Shown: one piece after another, positions 12,541-25,000 of the stretch | How positions within the stretch are numbered: position 1 is the stretch's first letter | How the letters are laid out: each line of letters opens with the position of its first letter | Assembly (NCBI GenBank): GCA_026023565.1 | Contig: JAPETS010000005.1 | Coordinates: 434,001 to 498,000 of the forward strand | Reading direction: 5' to 3' | DNA length: 64,000 bases | DNA from: Cirrosporium novae-zelandiae | Taxonomy: Eukaryota | The notes under the pieces: generated by a model | Told to the model about the DNA's origin: nothing | What the model saw: the letters and a program-made list of their open reading frames with translations, nothing else | The model's database searches: none | Position numbers and translations under genes: made by a program

Positions 12541-13961
12541 TCACCGATGACCGTCGGCATTGATGGCATTCTCATTCATCCCACTGACCTTGAAGAAATC
12601 GGAAACTGTTGCCTTCTCTTCCCGTGCACGATCAGGATTCAACATAAATCGAACTGTGCCCTCCTGTCCGTGCGGTCCTAGTTTAGGTCGACCTCCATCT
12701 GCAGATGTAGGGCCCATGAGTGTGGGGCCTGGGAGGCCTCCGTGCTCCTTGCTTGGATCGGTGTTACCGCCTTCGGGAGGGACGGCGCGTCCACCGTTTA
12801 TATGATGGCCATTCTGTGTGTCATTGGCTGTGGGGGATGTAGTGTCATTTAGAGTGGTGGAGACGGTGAAGCGGGGAAGGCGAAGGGCGGCCGCTTCTTG
12901 GTTCAGGGGAATTCGGACATTGATAAAGAGGTCGAGGGGATGGTCTTGGCCGAGTAATGTGGAGGTCCGGTGGTGGGTGTAAAGATCGAGGAGATCGAGC
13001 ATTGTCTCTACTCAGGAGTATAGTTAATGAGTTTTATGATCACCGAGTGCATTGTGAAGGGAAAAGGAAAAACATACCCATTACTTCGGCCCGCGTAACG
13101 TACCAGCCCTCATAGTCTCTTCCATCTTCCAATTCTTTGATATGCACACCGGCTAGTCTCCCAGACAGTTCCAGACAACCCATTGCCATCCCCGCAGTGG
13201 TGTGCTTCAGTGGGGCAAACGTTCGATATAAATCCAAGGACATTCGGAAAGCAATCTTCCCAACCCTTTCACGGTCAATGTGATATTGCCGAGCGAGCTT
13301 AAGCATGATTTTCTGGGGATGCCGACTGCGAAAGTCAAAACTAGAGGCTTCTAGCATGAGGCGTTCTAAGCCGACAATTGTACGCGCAGGTACTTCGAAT
13401 AGAGGATCATCTGAGCTGAGTTGGTCACCGTGCAAAACTTTTAGATTGTAAGCCGTGGCTAATATTTCCTTGGTGCGCTTTTGGGTATCTTCGATCTTGC
13501 AAGCGAGAATCAGAGCTGCGGCTACAGCATCCTAGAATCGAGCTATCAGCTTCCGCGCGGTAAGAAATCTATAGGAAGATACTGACGATGTAATTGTATT
13601 CGGTTTCGGCGTGAACAAGACGAAATTTGTGGAAATGAACACATGCAGTATTATAGGTCTTCACAGGCCTATGTTTCAATCAGCCGGGGTTTATAAATGA
13701 AGAAGGCGGATGCGCTTCGTACAGTTGAAGCTCTTTTCGTACAGCATCAACCCATGCTACACCTTGCAACCTTATATTATCCTCCTTTGTTTCACTCGCG
13801 TTCAGAGATGAGAGACATTGTTCGACTGTCTGCTCAAAGACATACGGCTTTGCAGTTTGAATAAAAGACGGGTGCGGACCTCGAGGACCTGCGTTACTAG
13901 CTGAGCCGTTCGTTGCTCTATTGGAATTGGCGGCATTCAAAGGAGCAACTGGGGCCATCAT
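12541..13961 (-). CDS. CTK2: Cyclin K / Ctk2-like CTD kinase cyclin (4 exons; 3' end uncertain)
   Basis: Spliced product contains RLQGVAWVDAVRKELQLPVKTYNTACVHFHKF, ACKIEDT, LERLMLEASSFDFRSRHPQ and DLYRTFAPLK cyclin-box motifs. Confidence 0.85.
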
Positions 13962-14362
13962 GCTGCCTCTAGACTTGTTAAGACAAGATATATTTTCTTT
14001 TGCAAAGCAGCTTAGTGTAATTTTGCCACGGTCATAAGTCATTTAATTATGTGGTAGACTACACTTGCTTGGAGCTACCAAGGTAATATATCAAAGCTTT
14101 GGCGAATTTGCCGATAGCTGGCACGTGCAGTCAATTCTTGGCGTGTGTGTCGATGTTTTTTAACACGCTGAAATTATGTAAGTTATTTGTACGTGTGTTC
14201 CATATCTTATAGTTTACACCTTGAATAGGACTGTAAATTAAGTAGAGGCTGAACCCGGCTCTTGAGAGGTTCTGGTCTCCTTGCGTCTTGGGCGAGAAAG
14301 CAACAGTGATATCTTGCATATATATTACAGACTAGTAGCCTCGGCATAACCGGTATGCTTGG

Positions 14363-16467
14363 TCAGGCCCCCCTGGATCTAGCATCTAACAGCTTCATCC
14401 TTTCCATTTCCTCCATTTCCTCCAACAGATCCTCTTTGTCCCGCAGTTGCTTCCAAGGAGTTGGTCTCGTCTCCCTCAACAACCCGAGCGCCCTCGTATC
14501 CTTCTCCTGCAAACACCTCTTCATGACCTTGACCCACGATGACCTTCTAAGCTTTCGGCCCTGTTCTCTCATCTCTTCTAGATACCGAAACACGTCATCG
14601 TATGACTCTTGCGTCAAGCATACCTCTACTATGTGACCCATCGTTCTATGGTCGGGCTTTATGTTCAAGGATTGCATCTCTGCAAGAAGGAACATGGCTA
14701 AGTCTTTACGTCCGTCGGCCACGCAGCCTGCGAGGAGCCAGTTAAATGTTTTTGTGTCTGGTCCTGAAGTGCACATGGTGTGCATTATTTTGTATAGTTC
14801 AATAGCAAGGGAAAGGTTGGAATGGTGTATGCAAGATTCGAGGACCACATTAATAGCCACGGTAGGGATATCCCGTTTTTCCTTGCGTAGAGAACGGAGC
14901 ACCTGGATGGCTGGAAGTAGACGAGAAGGGTATTCGCGAAGATGCTTAAAGAGGGGACATGTAGAGTTTGCAAAAGGATGAATGCCTGCATTTTGCATGA
15001 TGCAGAGAACACTAAAGGCATTATGAAGGTCGGAAGTGTTTGTGTAGGCTTCAAGGAGTGATTCATAGTGAGAGGCCGTAAACTTGGTTTTGCGAGTGCC
15101 GAGGATGCGAAAAGCGTCTGTCGCAAGTGTTGGATCACCATAACGGGAAGCAGTTACTAGCACGTTCTCACATATTCCTGAAGAAGGGTTGAGATAGCCA
15201 GGGAGAACACGCTTGTTCCACACATATAAAGCCGTATGATACTAGGGATGTTAATGAAATTACCCACATAGGCATGATGGGGTGAACAGACATGAAGGGC
15301 CTGACTGGATGCATCCAAAAGAGTATACCAGAGATTAGGGGATATATCATTGCCACCAACGCTTTCTTCTCGTTGCAGGATTTTCATAGCTTCGCCAAAT
15401 TCATCTAGGTCACAGAGGGTATAGATAATTAGATCATATAACCACCTTTGAACTGGTATCTTTTGATGTTCCATCTCATCCAGGCGTCTTAGGGCCATTT
15501 CAACTTGCTTGTCACGGATATATCCAACGATGAGATCGTGCCAACCGACAGGGGTCAGCTGCATCCATCTTTGACTCATATTTTGCAATATTCGTTGACG
15601 AAGGACGTAGTCTGGATGAACAGCAAGGACCTAGGCAACATTACTTAATTTCGAATCTCAAATAGACAATTGGGAGACTATTCCAACCTTCAGCACAGCA
15701 TGCAATACTCTAGAGTTAGGCTGTATCTCTCGATCTACCATTTCTTGCAAAATCAAACCCACCTGTTCTGCTGATCCAAATTGCGGATCTATGTTTGATA
15801 TTATTGCAGCAATATATGTTGAACAGGTTAGATCTTCTGGGTATTCCTCAAGCAATTCTTGGATGGTAGCCCATAGCTTCGGAAACGGGAGATGTTGAGC
15901 TCGATCAATTAACACATCAAGTGACTTTTTTGATCGTGGGCGGGTGCGCCTATTACTCTTTATGGCTTTCTTATGTCGTAGATTATTCACATTGGGGCCA
16001 TCATTTTCAAGAAGGGTGTTATTTATATGAAATATAGGGGATGTGACATTAGGATGTCCATTCTCTGGTGGCGTCCATTTTGGCCATTCATTAGAATCTA
16101 ATCCTAGGGTCTTCTTCTGCTCTTTTGCGCCTGTAGATCCTTCGTTCCCAGCAGGTGGCTTCCAATGCGACCAGTTGCTAGGAGGTTGGAAGCCACGACT
16201 AGGATCCGATGATTGAAGTTCAAAGGTGTGCGCAGGGCCTAGATATTGTGGAATTGAGACGTGCTGGTTCTGGACCGATTCCTTACATCTTCTATTGCTG
16301 TTGGAGGAGAAAAGACGCTTGTCGGGAAGCAAACGGGAATGGCGGGGAGAGTTGGAAGGTCTTGAGCGGGATGTGATTGCGCCCGGTGAGGTCCACAGTA
16401 GTTTGGAATCAAAAGAAGGGCAAAGACAAGACCAGAGCCCATCTACAGCCAGCTTGCTAGATTTCAT
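14363..16467 (-). CDS. Pentatricopeptide-repeat (PPR) protein, probably mitochondrial (3 exons)
   Basis: Recurring ~35-aa helical repeats (e.g. GPDTKTFNWLLAGC, IKPDHRTMGHIVEVC), N-terminal IDGLW.CLCPS-type leader and two canonical introns. Confidence 0.85.
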
Positions 16468-16700
16468 TGAAGTATATAATTAGCTGTTGAGGTCGAGAGC
16501 ATTGAAAACTGAAACTCGAGATATTTTTCGCATGCTTAGATGCCAAGGCATCTAATCTAATCTTATTGTTGGTGATCACATCACCACGTGATCATCAATC
16601 AATTAATACATATTTATATCTGGATCCGCCTCTCAGTCAGCACTCATCGCATTCCCTCATTTCTTTTAGTCTTATTGAATATATATCATCATTCGCGATA

Positions 16701-18140
16701 ATGTCTCGAATCAATGCTGCTTCACGAAATCTAACGCTTACGGAAGAGCTCGAAAAACTAGAACAATCCATCACCTTAACCCTCCAAGGTAACATTGGAC
16801 TATCAGCATTCAAATTCTCTTGGGCAGCGCTGATAAAATCTAGAAATTGACCATAACTTTAGTCGAGCCCACCGTATTGTTACCACAAGTGTACTTCCTG
16901 TCGTTCAACAATACACAGAAAACTCCCGAAGTGTCTGGGAAGGATCCAAGGTCCTTAACTTTCCTACTTCGTATTACTTTTCCATCTGACTTTTGTTTCC
17001 TCAGTTCTGGAAGGAATTCTTTGAAGCTAGTGCGAATGTCTCTCTAGGAGCCTATGAAGTTCCTTCCGCAGAGGATGAAGAGACGGTTACAACTACAACA
17101 GCTGATTCCACATTTGAGACGACCCAAGAAGGTGATAAAAAGGAAGAATCTATCTCCCATTTATCTCAGTCGCAGTCGTCAGAAACATCGTCACATCAAC
17201 CTACGGACATCGATGCATTCCTGTCGTCCCCCAGCCATAGCAGCACTCCACGTGCCCCACCAACTACAAAAGTGTCCACTGCGAAGAACCCCACATTTGC
17301 CGATTACCCCTCTCCATATGAAGCCCTCAGACGAGAACATGCATCCGAATCCGAGTCCGGTGAACCTTCTCCGGAGCCTGTAACCCCTGGGCGAAATACT
17401 ACAGCCAGCTCACGGGCCCAAACCCCCGAATCATCCCCGTTCCTCCCACCTCCTTCCACGGCTCACCAGCGATCTCCGCAAAAGAGTAACGATCCCCTTC
17501 TCCATCGCCTTCTTGACAAGACGTATCGCCTCCAGGCAACCCCCCACCATACCACCAGTGCAATTCCAAGACCACTGCGCCCACACTCTCCAACGACCGA
17601 GCTTTCCTCTTCCCCCCCTGTCCCAGCTCCTGAACTCCATTCCGAAGTTTTCTCCTCGCCATTCCGAGTAGACCCGTCTGCAGGGCCTCGCACTCCGGGT
17701 GTCAGTGTCCTAACACCGGCTCACAAAGGCACCCGCCGCAGACTCTCCATGGCCTCTGGCGAAAGCGACGACATCAAGATCGTTGATCACACGGCCCGCC
17801 GATTATGGGAGGATGATTCATCCGACGACGATTTTACTGCCGATGTTATGGGTATCAGTCCGCCCAAAACAATCCAGTTCCATGTACCACAGAGTCGCTT
17901 ACTTCAGACGCCAGGTAAGATTACCTCCGTCACCGGGTTCCAACCTAATAGATTAATCATATACATTTTTTAACCTGTGGGATGCATTTAGCCCGCGAAG
18001 CTTCCCGTCGCATCGTGAACGATCTCTTATTGACGGCTGGGGGTGGCCAAGACGTCACAGCGGATCTTTCGGGGCAGAGTCCCTCAACGGAGATCGTGAA
18101 ACCAGCCGTAGATTTGGATGACGAGATTACATGGGACTAA
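16701..18140 (+). CDS. ASK1: DASH/Dam1 complex subunit Ask1 (4 exons)
   Basis: Spliced N-terminus LTLTEELEKLEQSITLTLQEIDHNFSRAHRIVTTSVLP...SKFWKEFFEASANVSL; C-terminal SPPKTIQFH...LLQTPAREASRRIV; stop TAA at 18138-18140. Confidence 0.93.
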
Positions 18141-18920
18141 GTTAAGTACCTAGGCAGGCAGGAAAGAAGGTTAATATCAACAGGATAGTCAGTTGAATTA
18201 AAACTGTTGTAGTTGCCATACGACTATAGAAGCGTACAGTAATAACAACACATCTTGTTCGTATATTTTGATATTCAACTATAAATTTCTTTTAGTCCTG
18301 CATGAGTGAACAAGCAGTCATCTATAATATCATCATAGACCCCAGTACCAATTCAATACAAGCCAAGGGCAAATCTAGTAAACTGGTACGTACATAAGTA
18401 GGCACAGAGATAGAGGCAGGTAGAGTGGAGGGAGATTCATCATTCATTCCTCATGTCACGTCCGCCTGCGTGGATCCAAAACAAAAACCTCTTCTTCCAC
18501 AAAAGTAAAAAAGCAGATTGCAAAAGAGCCGTCGAACGAGAAAATATCCCACACATAAAAATTTTTCTTTCCTTTAATACAAAAAGTGTTCATATTTTCA
18601 TATTTGATTGCGTTTCTTTTCTTTCTTCTTGAAACATATACTCCCCCCCACCTCCCCTCCCCTCTTTTGTCCAGAAACTCAAACAGCCCTTTCCTAACCG
18701 AGGGCGCAAAAATCCGGGCCGTGGCAAATAAAGCATCGAGGTTTATGTACATAGACAACATGGAAAGAAAAAATTCGGTGCCCAGTTTAGGTGGGTAGGT
18801 GGGTAGGTGGTAGGTAGCTTCGGACGTTTTTTCATCTTGATAACACACATACGTAACACACGTACATCTCTTGTATGATGAATTATGCTTGCTCTTTATT
18901 TCACAGTAATCTTCGTCCAA

Positions 18921-20141
18921 CTAAGAAACCACCTCCCCGACATCCACCAAGACCGGATTCCAGGCCTTAGAGCCCTTATCCTCCATCTCGCTCGGAACCC
19001 GAACCTCCAATGGACTATACAGATACCAACTCTTGAGCGCAGCGGTAGCGGCTCGGAATCTCGCCTCATCTAGGCTAGACCCGTGGCCTTCCCCGATCTT
19101 ATCTTTGCCACTATATACCCCCACTACGAATACCGGATGTCGGGAATTTCGTCCAGTTTCGGATTCGATTCGCGCTATAGGGGATTCGAAGCCTTCTCGG
19201 GCGCACAGGCGGGAGAGATCGCGGGTCGGTTGGCCGAAGTCGAAGAGTTTGTGCATGGAGAGTGTGCGGGAGAGGAAGTGTTCTGCAAAAAAGGCTTTTG
19301 CTGCCGGTCGGCCCACGTGTAAGTAGATGGCGCCCATTAGGGCACGAACAAAGTTCATGGAAGCGTGTTCGACAGAGATACCTGCGAGGGCGGCGGATGG
19401 GGAGGAGGCGTCTGGGGAAGAATCTGCGTTTCTAGGGTGTGTTTTAAGGTCACCAAAAATATCGTCGTAGACTGTCCGGGACGACATGCCACGGCGCCAT
19501 TTTGATTGAGCCTCTTTCTCATCATTGGGCCGTGTGGTTTGTGCGGGGGCCGCCGGAAGTTGCACGTCTGGAGGAAGACGGCGGAATTGTAAAAGACCGG
19601 AATCGACTTCTCCGCCAGGAGTGTAAGCTATTTCAACGCCCCATTCACGGGTTATAGAAGCAAGAGCAGGAGGCCCTATATATGCCCATATAGCAGCGAA
19701 AAGTACTGGCATGGGGAGGCGCGGATATTGACATAGAAGATGTTCGGAGGTGTAGTAGCCCAGGAGGTCATTCCCAAGAACAGAGAAGGAGGAATTGTTG
19801 AATTGAGGAGAAGGATCAGCTGATGGATCAACAAGAGTGAGAGCTAGGGTCTGGAGGGGTAATCTGGAGGAAAGAGAGAGTCGCGCATGGAGAGCAGCTA
19901 GTTTGGCGGATTTGAGAGCATTTTCAAGAGGTGGTGATGGGAGGGATTGAAGTAACTCGTCAGGTGTGGAAGGAGTTGATGTCCAACCGCCATCCTCCTG
20001 TTCCTGGAGAGGGGCGGTAGCGGTTGATTGAAATCGTGAGGCAATTATTCGTCGCAATGGCGATTGTATATTATTGCATGCTCTCATTCTGGAAGAGAGA
20101 ATAGGACCACTCCATTGTTGCAAAAGGCGTACTCTCCGCAT
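18921..20141 (-). CDS. MRPL3: Mitochondrial large-subunit ribosomal protein mL44 (RNase III-like domain plus dsRBD)
   Basis: Arg-rich presequence, SAKLAALHARL, QPTRDLSRLCAREGFE, ETGRNSRHPVFVVGVYSG and ALKSWYLYSP. Confidence 0.92.
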   Translation of the reverse strand: MRRVRLLQQWSGPILSSRMRACNNIQSPLRRIIASRFQSTATAPLQEQEDGGWTSTPSTPDELLQSLPSPPLENALKSAKLAALHARLSLSSRLPLQTLALTLVDPSADPSPQFNNSSFSVLGNDLLGYYTSEHLLCQYPRLPMPVLFAAIWAYIGPPALASITREWGVEIAYTPGGEVDSGLLQFRRLPPDVQLPAAPAQTTRPNDEKEAQSKWRRGMSSRTVYDDIFGDLKTHPRNADSSPDASSPSAALAGISVEHASMNFVRALMGAIYLHVGRPAAKAFFAEHFLSRTLSMHKLFDFGQPTRDLSRLCAREGFESPIARIESETGRNSRHPVFVVGVYSGKDKIGEGHGSSLDEARFRAATAALKSWYLYSPLEVRVPSEMEDKGSKAWNPVLVDVGEVVS

Positions 20142-20461
20142 TGCGGTCTCGATTATCAGACCTCAATGTTCACAGGCAGCCAATTCCTTCTCTTCCACCA
20201 GGCAATCAAGGAGAGGAGAGTTGTATGGGGAAGATGGTAGGCGGCTTTGAAGGTCACACTCTTCTGGCCACAAAAAATTATTCGAGGAGCTTCCGGGGAC
20301 TGAAGTCGGATTTACACTAGTTATGTAAGCAATTTATGCACATCCTTGATTGGCCGATGGACGCTCTCATCAACTTCAAGCTTCAACAACAATATCCCAA
20401 TACTCTCTACTCTACCCCTCAATTACCTGCCTTTAAGGTATCTCGTAATTGCATATTCAGA

Positions 20462-20928
20462 ATGGTCGATCCATCTCATCCAGACCCCTCCATCCATGAG
20501 GCAGCCAAGACAGCTGCTGATGCGTCCCATAACCACGGAGGAGGTCACGGAGGGAAAATCCCGTGAGAACCGCATTATCTCCAAACAGACTCAACCGACC
20601 CAGATCAGAAGCTAATGGTTACAACACCAGATACCCTAAGCATGTCTGGTCACCTGCAGGTGGTTGGTACTCTCAACCAGCCAACTGGAAAGCCAATACA
20701 GCGGTGATGGGCGCTATTATGTTTGGCATTGTCTGTGTCACATGGAGTGTTGGTGCTGAGAGGGAGAAGAGGATGAAGATGCCCGAACCGGATAGGTTCT
20801 TTCCAAGTCGATGGTATTTCTCTCATATACGTCTTGTATAATGAGAAGAAATAGCTAATCAGGCATGCTCTAGGTATAATAAGCAAATCATTGAACATGA
20901 GCGACGCGTAAAAGAACGAACAAATTAA
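20462..20928 (+). CDS. Respiratory complex I small accessory subunit (NUUM-like), 3 exons
   Basis: Spliced product ...HGGKIPYPKHVWSPAGGWYSQPANWKANTA-(TM)-...FFPSRWYNKQIIEHE. Both introns have GT donors, GCTAAT branch points and YAG acceptors. Confidence 0.75.
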
Positions 20929-21422
20929 AGGATATGCCTGTCTCCCAGATTTGTACACCAAGTTCCTAGTACAGTTCCTTATGCTTTACCATCAGACTAC
21001 TATCAAAATTATAGTTAGTGTGATTAAGATAAGAGCTCTGATAGCTCTTGCGCAAGACCTATTTCGATGGTTTCATATAGAACAAGGGATATGGTAGGGA
21101 ACGGCAAGTCTCAGCCCTTGGCATGGAAATGGAGTAACGGGGATTTCAACTGTTCCAAAATCAAGAGCATTTTCTATGTGTACCTAGGTAATCAGAGGTC
21201 GTTTCTATCGGCATTTCCTAGTCTACGGCCCGCTATCAGATATTATCATAAGGTTTAGTTTTGAGTCCTGTATTGACCACCTCAACCTCCTTTGTATAGA
21301 TCAAACATGCTTTAGTGTCAATTATTTGTCACTCAATAAAGATCAATTGCTAGTGACCATGTTTATGAAAAGCCTAACTTTTAGTACTCTATTTGCTCTC
21401 TTCTCTCTAACCCTTGTACCAT

Positions 21423-22566
21423 TTAAGATGAATTTCCAGGATGCATCTTGCACTTCCTATTGAATGCTTCTATTCTATGTCTGACACATTGTCTATTCCA
21501 AAGTTCAGTTCCGTGTATACTATGACTTATAACAGGTAGGCCAACTTGTTCGATAGCATAACTAGCCGCCACACTGGCCCATATGATGGCGATCTCCAGA
21601 TTCTGAAGACCAGGCTGTTCTCCGCCCCTAACGAGGCCGACCGCAAGACCTCCGACAAAGGTATTTCCTCCGCCTGTGGGATCTACAACTGCTGCATTAA
21701 CCCTCTCAGCATTTTGCGAGGTCTCTAATGGATGATATGCTGGATAGTTCTTCCATATTCCACTGCTATCAAAAGTTGAACAGCCCTGAGCACCTCGCCG
21801 GACGACAACAGCGCCTTTCCTATCTGGGCCGATACCGTGGGTGACCCAGTCACGGGCATGATTCTGAAGTATCAATGGATGATCGTGCGCATTGCCATGA
21901 GGAGACTCATAAAAACTTCGCATCTCACTCTCATTTGGACTAACTACATCCACATAGTGCAACGCATCATAAAAGTTCTCTAGCTCAGTAGGAACACAGA
22001 GATCGGGAACTGGCTCCCAAATAAATAGTGGTCTTGACGAGGAGTTGTTCAGTTTCTCCCTTTGAGCCAGAATATTTGTCACCAGGTCAATGCAACGTTT
22101 CGGTGAACAGATTAAATGGAAAGAACGAGATCGTAGTAATGGTTCAGATAAGGACGTGTGATCCAATCTTAGTTTTGGCGTGGTATATTTAAAGGCGCGC
22201 TCTTCGTCATCGCCATATCCATTCCATCCTCTTGTAGTTAATCTTCCTGGGGTTTCTCGTACAAGGCAGCTAGTGTCCCAGCTCTTGATGACCTGACGAA
22301 GCTTGGTAGGAAAATCGCTCCCTGCATCGACTACCCAGCCCACAGACCTTGATAATGGTGGTGGGGAATGTAGACGAGCACCAATTGCGGCATAGGAACC
22401 CGCACCACCAATAACATCATATACGGGAGGTTTGGGCGGAAGGTAATGAATTTCATCTAATCAACTATAGATGAGTAACTGATTGAGGGGTTGAGAAGCG
22501 AACGGCAGCAATACCGATAATGAGCATGCCCAGAGTGCAAAAGTCTATAGGGACTGCTTCATCCAT
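21423..22566 (-). CDS. PfkB/ribokinase-family kinase, Mak32-like (2 exons)
   Basis: N-terminal DFCTLGMLII|DEIH...GGAGSYAAIGAR, then IWEPVPD, VVSPN and the PfkB signature VVDPTGGGNTFVGG. Confidence 0.88.
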
Positions 22567-22694
22567 AAGGATGGTGATGATGGAACTCTTCTTATTATGT
22601 TTCCTTATAATTAACTAGTCGAATCACAATAACTTAACCAACTGTTAATTGATTGACTAGTTTTGGGGATTGAGCGTTTATGATCTGAGGGATG

Positions 22695-22747
22695 GATAGC
22701 ACGATAGTGCGATAGCCGATAGCAAGTGTGACATGATAGCACGATAG
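22695..22747 (+). promoter_or_regulatory. Cluster of six GATAG motifs in the PfkB/CAP divergent promoter
   Basis: GATAG at 22695, 22703, 22711, 22718, 22735 and 22743; GATAGCACGATAG occurs twice. A regulatory role is inferred, not shown. Confidence 0.4.
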
Positions 22748-23109
22748 ATACTAAACAAGGTTAGACTCGGAGCTTCAAGCTTTAATTGTCCGCTGTGCCG
22801 CTAATTTATCCCTGTCGGCATTGAAAACCGATGGAGACCGATGGAGACCAGATTAACGACACCTTTAATATAAGGTATTTATTATACATATAATTATTCT
22901 CTACTCATTTCATGAAACACAACATCTAGCTTGGTTTGGACAGCTCCCCTGCAATCTTTTAAAACATTCTCTTCCAAATTTCATAACCAGAGGTTTCAGT
23001 TTGTGCGGAAGATCCTTACAGGTTGACTCTCATCTGCCTCCTTCCCCGATCCGTCCACCTTCGTACTCCCTCAAAACAACGTGCGTTCCTTTGATAGGAA
23101 ACCACTACT

Positions 23110-25000
23110 ATGGCGTTGAATCCGATGCATAATCTCACGACTCTCATAAAGAGGTTGGTAAATCCACAATCTCCCTTCTCGAAATGCCTATAGCTACCTC
23201 ACTTCCTAAACTATTATTTTTAAGACCCCTATATAGCATTACCGCACTATGATCTATGATACCATGGTTGTATTAGGCCAAAGGCTAAGGAACTTGACTA
23301 CTAGACTCGAAGCTGCAACATCTCGTTTAGAAGACATTGCCGCTGCTACCGATCCAAATGCCCCAAGTAGTGGAGCTGCCTCTACCCCAGCTACCGCTGC
23401 CGCTACCATAGTGGGTGGGGACCATTCTTCGATAGCCACTCCACCGCCAGAGCCACCCAAAGAGACCCTGCCGGTATCCATTGAGGCATTTGATGAAATA
23501 ATAGATGGCGATGTCAAAGCGTATATGGATAAGAGTCAAGAGATTGGAGGACTGGTAGCAGCGCAGGTATGCGGTTCAGGACCAGACATGAATAGAGTAT
23601 CTGCAAACAACTGGAGCTCCGGCTGATGCATCCATAACTTTAGTCAGCAACGCTGCTGAAGGCCTTCACTGCGGAGCGCAAATTCCTCCTCGTTACGACA
23701 AAAGCAAAGAAGCCGGATATGCAGTCCCATACCTACATGGAGCTATTTTCGGAGCTTCATAAAACTTTTGGGGCTGTGAATGAAATTCGAGAAGCTAATC
23801 GCGGATCTCCTGACTTCAACCACCTCACAACAGTATCAGAGAGTGTTACTATGCTCTCCTGGGTTGGCGTTGAAAACAAGCCAGCAGACTTTATCACGGA
23901 GAGCTTGAGCACGGCGCAATATTATGGCAATAACGTGCTGAGGGAATATAAGGATAAGTATGGACAACCTTGGCATCAATGCTCTTTTTGGGGAGATATG
24001 AGGCTAATGGTTCCGCAGAGACCAACATCATATCCAATGGGTCAAATCCTATTATAAGCTATTTCAGACGCTCGCTGCATATGTAAAGAAGTACTATCCT
24101 AATGGTCTGACCTGGAATAATAAAGATGGTGTCGATGGGAAGGAAGCTCTTGATGCGATAAACTCGAAGCAAGCAGGCAGTCCTGGCCCCACCACCTCTG
24201 CTCCAGCTCCTCCGCCGCCGCCACCCCTCCCGAAATTTGATAACCCGCCACCGCCCCCACCTATACCAGCTACAAATGGTGCTTCAGGAGATGGTGGTGC
24301 CGATATGGGTTCTGTCTTCGCCCAAATTAGCCAAGGACCATCCGTTACCGCTAGTCTGCGCAAGGTTGACAAGTCTGAAATGACCCACAAGAACCCCTCT
24401 CTTCGTTCTTCTTCTCTAGTTCCCCATCGCACAGATTCCTCAGGAAGTCTCGGCTCGTCCCACCGCGGCAAGTCCCCCGCACCTGGAAAGAAGCCCAAGC
24501 CTGAAAGCATGCGCACGAAGAAGCCTCCAAAGAAAGAGCTCGACGGCAACAAATGGCTCCTTGAACACTTTGACAGCCCAGACCAGCCTATTACGCTCGA
24601 GGTTACTCTCAACCAATCTATTCTCATCTCGCGTTGCTCCAAGACGACAATTATTCTGCACGGCAAAGCCAATGCTATCAGCATCGACAACTCTCCCCAA
24701 CTTGCTCTCGTCATCGATTCTCTTGTTTCCTCTGTCGACGTTATTAAATCTCCTAAATTCGCCATCCAGGTCCAAGGCGCATTACCCACACTCATTATGG
24801 ATGCTGTTGATGGAGCAACAGTCTATTTGGGTAAGGAGAGCGTTCATACGGAGATTCTAACGAGTAAGTGTACAAGTGTCAATATCAACGTGCCAGAGGG
24901 TGAGGAGGGAGACTACAAAGAGTGTGCATTGCCAGAACAGGTGAGAAGTTTTGTCAAGGATGGAAAAATAGTCAGTGAGATTGTGGAGCATGCAGGCTAG
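23110..25000 (+). CDS. SRV2: Adenylyl cyclase-associated protein CAP/Srv2 (4 exons; intron 1 at 23154-23304)
   Basis: NLTTLIKRLEAATSRLEDIA N-terminal motif, polyproline tracts, WH2 LRKVDKSEMTHKNP and CARP C-terminus ending IVEHAG. Confidence 0.96.

Noticed and set aside
24094..24795. 233-aa antisense ORF inside CAP (likewise 29043-29696 in NAM9, 49770-50828 in PrpD, 62501-62962 in the glycosylase)
   Set aside because: These are shadows of the sense-strand codon usage: non-ATG starts or low-complexity products, and no recognisable motifs.
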